A stretch of DNA of 64,000 bases, taken from the NCBI GenBank assembly GCA_020348925.1, contig CP070758.1:4897775-4961774 (forward strand), written 5' to 3'. The notes beneath the pieces were generated by a model. It did not search any database and was not told where the DNA came from. It saw nothing but the letters and a program-made list of their open reading frames with translations. How positions within the stretch are numbered: position 1 is the first letter of the stretch; every line of letters begins with the position of its first letter. This document shows, piece after piece, positions 50,905 through 60,646 of the stretch. Source of the DNA: Gemmatimonadota bacterium. GTDB taxonomy: Bacteria; JBHIER01; G020348925. The position numbers and the translations under genes were made by a program.

Positions 50905-51063
50905 TCGGATTATTCCATCTCGGATTCAAAATCCTGCGAGATATTGAAGTGGTAGGACTCGCTGATTCAGAAGAGGTCGCATCCATTTTGAACGGCACAG
51001 GTGGGTGCCCTACCCACGTGCGCTCATCTTTTTTGAAACCAGATAGAGATGATCCCATTCTGA

Positions 51064-51462
51064 TTATTGGAGTTTTCCCAATACTCGATTCAAGGCGTTC
51101 AGGGTTGCTTTGACAATATCACGATGCAAATCTTCTCTCCCAAGAGCGATACCGGCCTGTTTGGCTTTCAGAGCGACGCGTTCCCCTTTTTCGCTTATAT
51201 TGACGAGAACGACCACTATTTCATGGGAATTCACCTTGATTATATGCACCCTGTAAAGGTGAAAGGCATAATTTTCAAAATATTGCTGGATTGTATTGAG
51301 GGTGGCCTGGGCGATAATATCGATGGATTTCGTCGCCGGGCCCTCCAGCGTGCCCCGGGCGGTTTTGCCTTTATAATGAAGAGCAACATCGACCTGAAAT
51401 CTGTTGACATCCCCAGATGTTTTAACATCTTCTATAACTATTCTTTGTTCCATTTTCAACAC
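51064..51462 (-). CDS. Hypothetical protein
   Basis: RBS GGAG plus GTG start; 132 aa ending in KATLNALNR. Confidence 0.6.
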   Translation of the reverse strand: MLKMEQRIVIEDVKTSGDVNRFQVDVALHYKGKTARGTLEGPATKSIDIIAQATLNTIQQYFENYAFHLYRVHIIKVNSHEIVVVLVNISEKGERVALKAKQAGIALGREDLHRDIVKATLNALNRVLGKLQ

Positions 51463-51699
51463 CTCCGTTGTTTCTCTTTTTGGCTGACATGCTCAGGCTG
51501 CTAACAGTCAGGGAGTGTTACGTTGCGAAAACCGATCCCCGCTCGAAAGCCCGTTCCATGATATGGGGTCAAGAGCAATAATAATAGATAAATCATAAAC
51601 GGGAATCAAGAGTTTTTCTTTACTGACGCTGAATTCAGGATGGAACGGGAAAAGAGCCGAGTGGGTAGGTGAGCGGGGGAGTTAGAGAATATGCGCAAA

Positions 51700-52060
51700 A
51701 GTGTGAATGGGTGTATCGAATGAGGTCGGATATCACTTTATCGTGTGATGGTGCGGACCAAGGAACCGAAGATCCAGCAGATCCAAACAGCAAGGGCCCG
51801 GAAGGACATCGACCGCTTCCTGAAAACGCTCAATACTGTGTACTCAGCGATCGAGAGCGGTCATTCTTATCCCCATATGAACTGGATGTGCCCTTCCTGT
51901 GGATACAAGACTTTAGGTGATAAGAGGTAAGCTTTTGTACAGCCCAAAGATCAGAGATGATCTGATACCTAGGATTTACCGGTTGGGCAAGGCCGCAAAG
52001 AAACCAGAGACCCAGGTGGTGGATACTATTCCGAGAACATATTCAAGTGAGCTTGATATG
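51700..52060 (+). pseudogene. Remnant of a PD-(D/E)XK nuclease C-terminus plus small YSPKI-type gene (phage/ICE relic)
   Basis: VRTKEPKIQ...WMCPSCGY and LYSPKIRDDLIPRIY. Confidence 0.5.
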
Positions 52061-52243
52061 TCTGAAACAGGTGGTGGAGGAGACTCATATCTCCAGGATA
52101 GAATGCCCGATCTTATGGGAAGGGATGTGAGGATCGAAAAGAGAAGCGACGGCTGGCACTCAGTCGCTGTTTTCGATCCCATCCATAACCTCCGGTTTTG
52201 TTGGAAATGTAAATTCGAAGGGTCGACCTTAGGTGACAAGTAG

Positions 52244-52363
52244 CCCTCCCCCTGTCATCATCCGGCTCGACCGGATGATTCACCCTCTCTCCTCTGTCAT
52301 CTTCCGGCTTGACCGATAATTCACCCTCTCCCCTGTCATCATCCGGCTTGACCGGATGATCCA
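52244..52363 (+). repeat. Three tandem TGTCAT-tagged REP-like palindromes
   Basis: CTGTCATCATCCGG-CTCGA-CCGGATGAT and two variants, ~40-bp period. Confidence 0.85.
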
Positions 52364-52542
52364 GCAGGGGGGGTGGGGCTTTCATCAGAAGCTTTCTTAG
52401 AGATGGGTTTTCTGGGTTAAAAAATGTCGTTCAAGGCATTAAATACTGTGATTTCTGTAGTTTTTCTATTGAACACCAACAGGTTAACCTGGTCCGACCC
52501 GGGAACCTACAAATGGAGAGGGATTGAAAGATAGGATGTGTC

Positions 52543-52589
52543 CTCTTCGACGTGAGAAGATCAAAGATCATAGATGTGACCCCCTCATG
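52543..52589 (+). repeat. 47-bp direct repeat, copy 1
   Basis: CTCTTCGACGTGAGAAGATCAAAGATCATAGATGTGACCCCCTCATG; 42/47 identical to 53669-53715. Confidence 0.9.
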
Positions 52590-52594
52590 GATGC

Positions 52595-53605
52595 TCACCT
52601 TTGAAAGAATTCAATCACTTTTGAAACGAACAGATCCGGTTCATCAATGAACATCATGTGATTGCTTTTTTGAAGTATGAAGTATTCCTTTTGCCCTCCA
52701 TAATTTTTGTAACCTTTTTCCAAAGTACTGAAGGGAACTAATATATCTTTTGCGCCGGCTATTAACAACATGGGGACATCAATAGTATTAACCCTGTTCT
52801 CGAGATCGAGCGTCTTCAGCTCATCGTACATTGCCTTAACGACAACCATTGATTTATTCTCCCATCCCGGATCGATACTATCAATCTCGGTTATCGTAAT
52901 AACCTTGGACATTTGAAGATTCTTTCCTAAACCCTCATTCATTTTATCCAGAATTTCCATACCAATCCGCCGCCATGCCATTCCTTCCTGTAACGTCTCG
53001 TAAGGCGGAGGACCAAGATCTTCGAGTTTTTTTGCGGCTTCCTGATTTCCAGTCTTTTTCGACAGCTCCAGGACCGTCTGATAACCGCTATTTTCCACAG
53101 AACTTACAGAAAACGCACCGGCTGCGGAAACAAATTTCTCTATATTGTCTTGATGCTCCAATAAGTATAAATAGCCGAGGCCTCCTCCAAACGAATGCCC
53201 GAGTAAAGATATTTTATCTTTCTTGAACTTATCTTTAAGGAATTCGACAGTGTTTCCAACATCCTCTACGTATTTGCTGAGTATGAGAGTCTCGATTGGC
53301 GCATCGGGAGACATACATGTGCTTCTTTGATGCAGATACCCTACAACGAAATGTTTTTCAAGTTCCGGTCCTGCATATGCTTGAAAGAGCAAAGGGCCGT
53401 ATGTCTCACCCGGGCCTCCATGAAGATAAAGCAATACCGGATTATTGATATCCTGTCCCCGTACTTTGATGTACAATTGAGCTTCATCCGATTGAATGTA
53501 GAATTCTTGATCAATTCGCTCACCTGCCCCCACCGCATTTAAAGTGTATGAAATAACAATTGCCGCTGATAAAGCCAACTTCAGGATTACTTTTTTCTTC
53601 CTCAT
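52595..53605 (-). CDS. Secreted alpha/beta hydrolase (proline iminopeptidase-like)
   Basis: Signal peptide; HGGPG, GHSFGG, G..D, S.H. Confidence 0.88.
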   Translation of the reverse strand: MRKKKVILKLALSAAIVISYTLNAVGAGERIDQEFYIQSDEAQLYIKVRGQDINNPVLLYLHGGPGETYGPLLFQAYAGPELEKHFVVGYLHQRSTCMSPDAPIETLILSKYVEDVGNTVEFLKDKFKKDKISLLGHSFGGGLGYLYLLEHQDNIEKFVSAAGAFSVSSVENSGYQTVLELSKKTGNQEAAKKLEDLGPPPYETLQEGMAWRRIGMEILDKMNEGLGKNLQMSKVITITEIDSIDPGWENKSMVVVKAMYDELKTLDLENRVNTIDVPMLLIAGAKDILVPFSTLEKGYKNYGGQKEYFILQKSNHMMFIDEPDLFVSKVIEFFQR

Positions 53606-53668
53606 TTCTCTCTCCAATTCTTATTGGGCGGACCCTGGTAGAAGCTATTCAACTTTCAAACTCTTAGA

Positions 53669-53715
53669 CTCTTCGACGTGAGATGATCGAAGATCAAAGA
53701 TTTGACCCTCTCATG
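53669..53715 (+). repeat. 47-bp direct repeat, copy 2
   Basis: CTCTTCGACGTGAGATGATCGAAGATCAAAGATTTGACCCTCTCATG. Confidence 0.9.
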
Positions 53716-53799
53716 ACTGAAACAGTTTCACCAACTATTCAGCCAGTCCATGTGGAGAGAGAATTCAATCTCGGCATCACCGTCCCTCTTTTCCGCGGC

Positions 53800-54134
53800 A
53801 AGAGGTTAGAAACCTGAGGTCATAAAATGTGACCGGTCCCAGAAAACACCTTGTCCCACTAAACCTTCCCTATGCCTTTACCGAGCACGGCGCCCTTATG
53901 GCGGCAAATGTCCTTGGAAGCGAACGTGCGGCTCAGATGAGTGTTTTTGTGGTTCGTGCCTTTGCTCGCTTGAGACACATCCTTGCCTCGCATGTTGATC
54001 TGGCAAAGAAACTCGACGAATTGGAAAAGAAATACGATGTTCAGTTCAGAGTTGTCTTTGATGCCATACGCCAGCTCATGAAGCAACCGGAACCGCCAAA
54101 ACGAGAAATCGGTTTTCGATCAAAAGAAGAGATC
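53800..54134 (+). pseudogene. ORF6N-domain DNA-binding protein remnant
   Basis: NLRS*NVT, then PYAFTEHGALMAANVL.S.RA...VVRAF...IGF; runs into the repeat. Confidence 0.75.
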
Positions 54135-54312
54135 TTCTTTTTCTTTGCTGGCCAAAGAAAAAGAAGTAAAAAGAAAGGACAGCCCAATAATCATTCGCCG
54201 GGACCGTCAGCGGCTCGCTTCGCTGTTTTTTCCAAACTCGCCCGTCGGGCTCAGACACGGAAAAAACACCCACTTTGCTCCCGGACGGTCCACGGGCTCA
54301 CGTTTCAGGGCG
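54135..54312 (+). repeat. Structured element copy 3
   Basis: Colinear with 26754-26940 and 28330-28519. Confidence 0.85.
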
Positions 54313-54886
54313 CTTCTTTTCAGCTTTTTAGCTTTTAAAATTAAAGATGCAATCCCAATTACCAAAAACAACTTCCACGGAGACTTGACCCCTTACTACA
54401 CTTAAAGTCTCCCCTATGAAGGGGAGATTTAGAGGAGTGTTTACATTATTTCACTTCCGCTGACCTCTCCCTTTCCCAAAGAGCCCGCCTTGAGCTTACC
54501 GAAAGAGAGATGGAGAGGGATTGAAAAATAGGATATGCCCCTATTTTCGACTTTTCAANNNNNNNNNNNNNNNNNNNNNNNNNNNNNNNNNNNNNNNNNN
54601 NNNNNNNNNNNNNNNNNNNNNNNNNNNNNNNNNNNNNNNNNNNNNNNNNNNNNNNNNNACCATTTTTTCGGCCCAAAGAGTGTCGAATAAGATTCTTATG
54701 TTTGGACTTGTGATATGGGGGCTTGTGACAAATTCAAGTTCAATATAAGGCTTAACTCATTTACTGTCAAGTGTTTTTTTAAAGTATGGTTGAAAATCAA
54801 ATTACTCTAAATAATAACTTGACATAATGAACTCTTTTCTTTATCCTAATGATGACACAATTGATGCTACAAATAAGGAGGTCTTT

Positions 54887-55171
54887 ATGCGTATTGCATC
54901 TGCCATATTAAAAGCCGAACGTGTCGGCATACGGAACCTGAGTGAAAATCTCTCGAAGCTTTTAAATGAGGGAAAACCCTATGTTATCACTGACCACGGA
55001 AAACCAAAACAGGTTCTTCTGCCCTACGATGAAATGATGGAGTTGATCGATATTCTCGATGAACTGTCCGATCCTGAAACGCTTTCCCTTATTAAAGAAG
55101 GAAGAAAGGATATTGCCTCGGGCAAAGCAGGAATTCCGCTTTCTGCATTATGGGATGAGATGGGGACATGA
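54887..55171 (+). CDS. Phd/YefM antitoxin
   Basis: VGIR.L..NLS..L, VIT.HGKP..VL. Confidence 0.85.
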   Translation: MRIASAILKAERVGIRNLSENLSKLLNEGKPYVITDHGKPKQVLLPYDEMMELIDILDELSDPETLSLIKEGRKDIASGKAGIPLSALWDEMGT

Positions 55172-55470
55172 AAAAATATGAGATTCTCTTTCCCAACGAG
55201 CGAATAAAGAGCAGATTCCGGAAAGAGTTGGGGAAAATTCCCCTGGGGGTAAGAGAGAGAATAAAAGAGAAGGTAGAAAGTCTTTCACGTGTACCAAGAC
55301 CTCAGGGGAAGATCTTTAAATATCTTCGTCCCCCCATTCAAATCTACGATCTCACAGCCCAATACAGAATACGTATAGGAGATTACAGGGTTTTGTATGA
55401 TGTGGATGATACCAATAAAAAGGTTTGGATATTGGCCATAAGGAAGAAGGGTAAGGGTACATATAAATAA
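55168..55470 (+). CDS. RelE-family toxin
   Basis: PRP.G, YRIRIGDYRVLY.VDD. Confidence 0.88.
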   Translation: MKKYEILFPNERIKSRFRKELGKIPLGVRERIKEKVESLSRVPRPQGKIFKYLRPPIQIYDLTAQYRIRIGDYRVLYDVDDTNKKVWILAIRKKGKGTYK

Positions 55471-55505
55471 AACAAAGTTTTATTTATTTTTGGTGACTAA
55501 AAAAA

Positions 55506-55530
55506 CGGTGAGGTGAAGAACACCTCACCG
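55506..55530. terminator. Perfect hairpin downstream of relE
   Basis: CGGTGAGGTG-AAGAA-CACCTCACCG. Confidence 0.5.
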
Positions 55531-55813
55531 AGTAATGAAATCCCTCCTGTCCTCCCTTTACAAAAGGGAGGAACTCAAATATCCCCCTTTTTCAAAGGGT
55601 GGCTGAATACCTTCTCGGAGTGAAGCGATTCATCGTTTCAATACATCGCGATGATGAATCATCGCACTCCAAATGATTAGCCTTATCATACTCGGCTCGT
55701 AGTAAGCTACGAAATGAAATGGAATAGCGTTATGACACCACTCCGTTACACTGCGTACTCTGCTACAAACTTCTCTCCAGACTTCCGCAGTTTTAAAACT
55801 TCGGAGTCTTTTT

Positions 55814-55879
55814 CGCCCTGAAACTTGAGCCGTTGGATCGTTCGGTGAGCGAAGCATGGGTTTTTCCGACTGTCTGAGT
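55814..55879 (-). repeat. Structured element copy 4 (right half, inverted)
   Basis: Reverse complement ACTCAGACAGTCGGAAAAAC...CGGCTCAAGTTTCAGGGCG. Confidence 0.8.
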
Positions 55880-57044
55880 CCTCAAGTGATGTGGGGTCAG
55901 GCATCAGAAAATAGATTTTCCTCGATTCTTTCCACAAGCCGCTTAATTTTTCTATCTTGACCAATCTTCTCTTTAACTTTGCTTGCAATATAACTGATAT
56001 TAGTCCCACATATCCCCCCGAATACCCTACCGAGGGAAACATTCGTCTCATCACAATACTTATGCGCCAGGTATATCGCTATCTCTCGAGCCTCAGTTCC
56101 ATGACGGCCCCGTTGACATATCGATACTTCTGATACATTTAAAGCTCTACCCACCTTTCGATTTATGTCTCTCATAGATGTGTTATGAATATACTTATGG
56201 TTAGTTACAGCATGAGCTCCTATTCCTCTTTTCTGAAGCAACTTCAGCACCCAATCTGCAAATTCTTCACTTCCCAAAGCGATCCCGGCGACTGCACCCT
56301 TCATAGGATTAACCAGCTTCCTCTCAATCCCCTCTTCAACAAACCTGCGATACTCCGATTCCGCTATTCTTCTATATCCTCCGTACTGCGCAAGGAGCCA
56401 GTCTGTTTCAAGCCAGATTCTTCTTCCTCTCATACCGATGTAATCTCTATAGCTGCTCCAGACATATTCTTCAGGACTTTTCACCAGACCACCTCGAACC
56501 GGATTGAGATGAATGTAGCGACTCAATTCAAGTAGATGACTTTCCTTTTCCAACAAAATGGCTTTGAATCGCCCCTGAAAAAGATGTCCGCTTCTGTTGT
56601 AACGTCTATTATAATTGAAGGCATATGTCGTCTTGATCCACTGCATTGCTCTGGATATATTCCCAAATGGAGTTTCAACTTCAAGATGATAATGGTTCGG
56701 CATCAGGCAAAAAGCATGGATTCTCAGCCTGAATCTTTCAACAGCTTCCTTGAAATACCCAAGAAGTCGCTTTCGATCTTTATCATCTTGAAAAATTTCC
56801 TTTCGATTATTTCCTCTGTCTGTGATATGATAGAGCACATCTGGCAAATTGATTCTAACAGATCTGGCCATGGATATCTTTCCATGATTGAAAGCAATTG
56901 AGATACGAAACGATTACTAAAAGCATCTGTAAATTACAGAAGGAGTGGAGGGATGTCAATACCCTAATCGAAAAAATTCTATAACTCGTTGTGCCATTTC
57001 ACCCAAAATCTATTATCTGATGCCTGACCCCTAATTACTTGAGG
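55880..57044. mobile_element. Y1/HUH transposase element with terminal inverted repeats
   Basis: GGGGTCAGGCATCAGAAAATAGATTTT (55893-55919) matches the reverse complement of 57005-57031 at 26/27; outer CCTCAAGT also matches. Confidence 0.82.
55897..56871 (-). CDS. REP-associated-type Y1 tyrosine transposase with C-terminal DnaA-C-like HTH
   Basis: YHIT.RGN, CLMPNHYHL (HUH), GHLFQGRF, RYIHLNPVR, WSSY. Confidence 0.9.
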   Translation of the reverse strand: MARSVRINLPDVLYHITDRGNNRKEIFQDDKDRKRLLGYFKEAVERFRLRIHAFCLMPNHYHLEVETPFGNISRAMQWIKTTYAFNYNRRYNRSGHLFQGRFKAILLEKESHLLELSRYIHLNPVRGGLVKSPEEYVWSSYRDYIGMRGRRIWLETDWLLAQYGGYRRIAESEYRRFVEEGIERKLVNPMKGAVAGIALGSEEFADWVLKLLQKRGIGAHAVTNHKYIHNTSMRDINRKVGRALNVSEVSICQRGRHGTEAREIAIYLAHKYCDETNVSLGRVFGGICGTNISYIASKVKEKIGQDRKIKRLVERIEENLFSDA

Positions 57045-57117
57045 GTGTATTATTTGCCCTGTACTTTGAACTGTTCGGGTCCTGCGGTCTTTTAGTTTAT
57101 GAAAAATCTTTTAATTT

Positions 57118-58623
57118 TTATTTTCGTTGAAATCTGTAGGTGGGACTGATGGACTGGATTTCCTCGTGGGCTTCCGGGGGAGGTGTGGTTAAAAGGCTGA
57201 CGACAATCACCAACATTGTCGAAACAATAAAACCTGGAACGAGTTCGAAGAGAAAAGCCTTCAGGGCCGGGGTGAGGCGCCACACCACCGTCACCGCCGT
57301 GCCGGAGAGAAAACCGGCCAGCACACCCCATTTCGTTATCCTGGGCCAGAAAAGTGACAGTACGACAGTCGGACCGAAGGAGGCGCCCAGTCCGGCCCAG
57401 GCGAAGAGGACGAGCCAGAAGATGAGTCCTTTGGCGATCAAGCCTAAGCCGATGGCCAGAAGGACGAGGACAAGAACCATCGCCCGGCTGATGGTGACCA
57501 TCCTTCTTTCAGAGAGGTCACGCCCGCTTCTGACTATTTTCTGGTAAATATCCCGCACCACCCCGGAGGACGCCACCAGCAACTGAGAATCGGCCGTGGA
57601 CATGATGGCGGCAAAAATGGCGGCGACCGTAAATCCGAACAAAAGCGGTGGAAAATGGCCGGCCGCAAGAAAAGTGAAGAGATTCTCCGTATCCCCGGCC
57701 GGAAGTACCTCCTGATTCGGATACAGCGCCCGCCCGATCAAGCCGACAAAGACCGCGCCCCAGGCCATGAGCACGTTCCAGACGGTGCCCAGCAGGGCCG
57801 AGCGGCGGAGCTGGGTCGGATTCTCGACGGACATGTATCGGACCAGGATGTGAGGATTGCCCGGCGATCCCAGACCGATCCCCAGAAAACCGACGACGCC
57901 ACCAAAGCCAATGGCCCAGGGATCCAGCATGAGCGCATCGATGAAGGTTAGTTGTGAGACAACTCTATCGATTCCTCCGTATCGGATGAGAACCACCAGG
58001 GGCAATCCAACGAGACCAACAAGCATGAAGACCGCCTGCAGGACATCGGTCAGGGAGACAGCCAGAAACCCTCCCAGCATTGTATAGATGAGAACAATAC
58101 CTGCCGTGAGCAGCAATCCCTCAAACGGAGAAAGACCGAAACTCGATGAAAAGGCTTTGCCGCCGGCCGTCAACTGGGCCGATACGTAAGCCACCATAAA
58201 GATGACGATGATGACAACCGAAACGACACGCAGGATATGCTGGGTATCCTTAAATCGAGACTCGAAGTAGTCTGGCAGTGTAATGTCTCCAGCCTTCGCT
58301 GTGTATCGCCGCAGACGTTTGCCCACAAAGAGAAAAAGAAAAAGTTCAACGACAATATAGCCGACCGCCGCCCACACCGCCGAAGCCCCGCGGGCATAGG
58401 CCATGCCGCTCAGGCCCAGGATGAGCCAGGCCGACCGTCCCGACACAACGGCGCTCAGGGCCACCACGTAATCTTTCATCCTGCGGCCGCCGAGAAAAAA
58501 ATCGCCCAGGGAGCCTGAAGCGAACTTTGCGGTGAGAATTCCGATAAGAACCATGAAGATGAGATATCCCACAAAGGCGATGAGCGCGGCCGCATCGCCA
58601 ATATGTGTCCCTTCAGTTCCCAT
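57118..58623 (-). CDS. Sodium:solute symporter (PutP-like)
   Basis: FFLGGR, SAW...GL.G, AV..TD..Q, G.PHILVRYM, AAIMSTADSQLLV. Confidence 0.9.
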   Translation of the reverse strand: MGTEGTHIGDAAALIAFVGYLIFMVLIGILTAKFASGSLGDFFLGGRRMKDYVVALSAVVSGRSAWLILGLSGMAYARGASAVWAAVGYIVVELFLFLFVGKRLRRYTAKAGDITLPDYFESRFKDTQHILRVVSVVIIVIFMVAYVSAQLTAGGKAFSSSFGLSPFEGLLLTAGIVLIYTMLGGFLAVSLTDVLQAVFMLVGLVGLPLVVLIRYGGIDRVVSQLTFIDALMLDPWAIGFGGVVGFLGIGLGSPGNPHILVRYMSVENPTQLRRSALLGTVWNVLMAWGAVFVGLIGRALYPNQEVLPAGDTENLFTFLAAGHFPPLLFGFTVAAIFAAIMSTADSQLLVASSGVVRDIYQKIVRSGRDLSERRMVTISRAMVLVLVLLAIGLGLIAKGLIFWLVLFAWAGLGASFGPTVVLSLFWPRITKWGVLAGFLSGTAVTVVWRLTPALKAFLFELVPGFIVSTMLVIVVSLLTTPPPEAHEEIQSISPTYRFQRK

Positions 58624-58720
58624 CCTCCCCCTTCTCCACAAACAGAAAATAGAGAACTGCGGCCAGACCTATAATAAAAACCGGCAGATCAAAAAGGACG
58701 AACACAAGCCAGGCATGCAC
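58613..58720 (-). CDS. 35-aa membrane peptide upstream of the symporter
   Basis: GTG start, MHAWLVFVLFDLPVFIIGLAAVLYFLFVEKGEDGN*, overlapping the symporter start. Confidence 0.5.
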   Translation of the reverse strand: MHAWLVFVLFDLPVFIIGLAAVLYFLFVEKGEDGN

Positions 58721-58746
58721 GGGGTTTCTCTCTGTTTATTTTAAAC

Positions 58747-59520
58747 CTAATCCGTCGATTCCTTGAGGGCTTCTTCTTCCTTCTTATAAACCAAAACCGA
58801 GAGTCCTATACTGACTTCATACAACAGGATCAGGGGAATAATCATCATGACTTGAGTAAAAACATCAGGGGGGGTGAGAAGTGCAGCACCGACGGCAATA
58901 ACGACGATGGCGTATCTCCTCTTCTTACGCAAGAAGCTGGGACTTAAGAGACCGATCTTCGTGAGAAAGAGGGAGAGCACCGGCAATTCAAAAACGAGCC
59001 CGAAGGCCAACATTATCCTCGTTACGAAACCTATGTATTTGCCAATATCGAGTTGTGGCTCGATATCCGGAGTGGCCAGGCCAAGTAAGAACCGAAGCCC
59101 AAAAGGGACAATTAAAAAATATGCGAAGGCACTGCCAGCCAGAAAACAGAGCATTGTTAAAAGGATAATTGGTACGACATGTTTTCTCTCGTGGGGGTAT
59201 AAACCGGGGACGATAAAAGCATAGGTTTGGTAAACAACAACAGGAAGAGCGATCAGGAATCCGCAGACTAAGGAAATGAGGACACGAACAAAGAACATCC
59301 CGGTCGGGGAGAGAAAGATGAGCTTGGGCTGCGGCTCGATGGCGTGCACCGGAAAAGTGAGGAAATCTAAAATGTATCCGGAAAAGGCGAAACAGGCAAT
59401 GGCGCCCACGATGATGGCCGCCAGCGACTTGATCAATCGCCACCGTAACTCCTCAAGATGATCTAAAAAGGACATGTCCTTAACAGGTTTCTCTTTTGGC
59501 GATGTGTTCTCGGTTGACAT
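58747..59520 (-). CDS. tatC: Twin-arginine translocase TatC
   Basis: HLEELRWRL, PGLY..E, FELP, TPPD. Confidence 0.96.
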   Translation of the reverse strand: MSTENTSPKEKPVKDMSFLDHLEELRWRLIKSLAAIIVGAIACFAFSGYILDFLTFPVHAIEPQPKLIFLSPTGMFFVRVLISLVCGFLIALPVVVYQTYAFIVPGLYPHERKHVVPIILLTMLCFLAGSAFAYFLIVPFGLRFLLGLATPDIEPQLDIGKYIGFVTRIMLAFGLVFELPVLSLFLTKIGLLSPSFLRKKRRYAIVVIAVGAALLTPPDVFTQVMMIIPLILLYEVSIGLSVLVYKKEEEALKESTD

Positions 59521-59646
59521 TTCTGCCTCGCACTAATAACGACTGGTTTTGCCTCATCAATATACACTGTTCTGCCGAATCATCAAAATTATTTACCATA
59601 ATACGTGAATCAAAAAGAAGTTGCGACAGAGGTACATTATCGAATA

Positions 59647-60495
59647 CTATGCATCGCCGCGATCTCTATTCGCATCCGATTCTGCTTGTCGCAGGCGAAG
59701 GACGAAGCTCTTGGTGGGACACTTGGTGACGGCGTTTTCAAGACCGTCCTCAACGGTATAATCGATTACGGGCAGGTTGCCGTCCATGGTGATGGCCCCA
59801 GATGGTGTGACCTTCGGGGTTGAGCACAGCTTACAACCGATGCAGCCGACGGTGCAGACTGTTTTCACAGCTTTGGCCCGATCCTGGGAGACACATCCCA
59901 GGTAGACCCCAGCATGCTTCGGAATGAGCTGCATAATGTCCCTGGGGCAGGCGCTGACGCACAACCCGCAGGCGGTGCACTTCTCCTCGAGAACGACGGG
60001 CAATCCGTTATCACTCATAGCGAGTGCTTCGTAGGGGCAGCCCCGAACACAATCGCCCAGACCCAGGCATCCGTATTGACAGCCTTTGGACCCGTGTGCG
60101 ATCAATTCTGCGGCCGCGCAGCTCTCCAGACCCTCGTAGCGGCACTTCTCCACCGCCTCCGCGCGACCCCCCTGACAATGCACTGAGGCCACTTCCGGGG
60201 CGACGTCACCCACCTCCACACCAAGAATCTCGGCGATCTTTTCCGCGATCTCCGGTCCACCGGGTTTGCAGTCCGTGACGAGCACCTTGCCACCGACAAC
60301 CGCCTCGGCGAATCCAGAACAGCCCGGATACCCGCAGCCGCCGCAATTGGCTCCTGGCAATACGTCCAGCACCTGTTCGATCTTCGGATCGATCGTAACG
60401 GCGAACTTCTTCGATGCGACGGCCAACCCCAACCCAAGGAGGAGTCCCAGTCCACCCAATGAAAGAATGGCGTACAAGAAACTAACTGGCATCAT
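59647..60495 (-). CDS. rnfB: Rnf subunit B
   Basis: LPGANCGGCGYPGC plus ferredoxin motifs. Confidence 0.94.
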   Translation of the reverse strand: MMPVSFLYAILSLGGLGLLLGLGLAVASKKFAVTIDPKIEQVLDVLPGANCGGCGYPGCSGFAEAVVGGKVLVTDCKPGGPEIAEKIAEILGVEVGDVAPEVASVHCQGGRAEAVEKCRYEGLESCAAAELIAHGSKGCQYGCLGLGDCVRGCPYEALAMSDNGLPVVLEEKCTACGLCVSACPRDIMQLIPKHAGVYLGCVSQDRAKAVKTVCTVGCIGCKLCSTPKVTPSGAITMDGNLPVIDYTVEDGLENAVTKCPTKSFVLRLRQAESDANRDRGDA

Positions 60496-60646
60496 GAATT
60501 ACCCTGACGAAATGAGATTGTTGAAATCCAGTAGAGCAACGATTAATCGTTGCACTCCATATTATAAGTTCACCCAACCCCGTATTCGCCGGCCTCATCG
60601 GAGTGAAATGATTCGTCATTTCAGATTGTTCCAACAGCCTCTATTT

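Noticed and set aside
52244-52363. Possible CRISPR array
   Set aside because: Only three palindromic units with ~10-bp near-identical linkers, no unique spacers and no cas genes.
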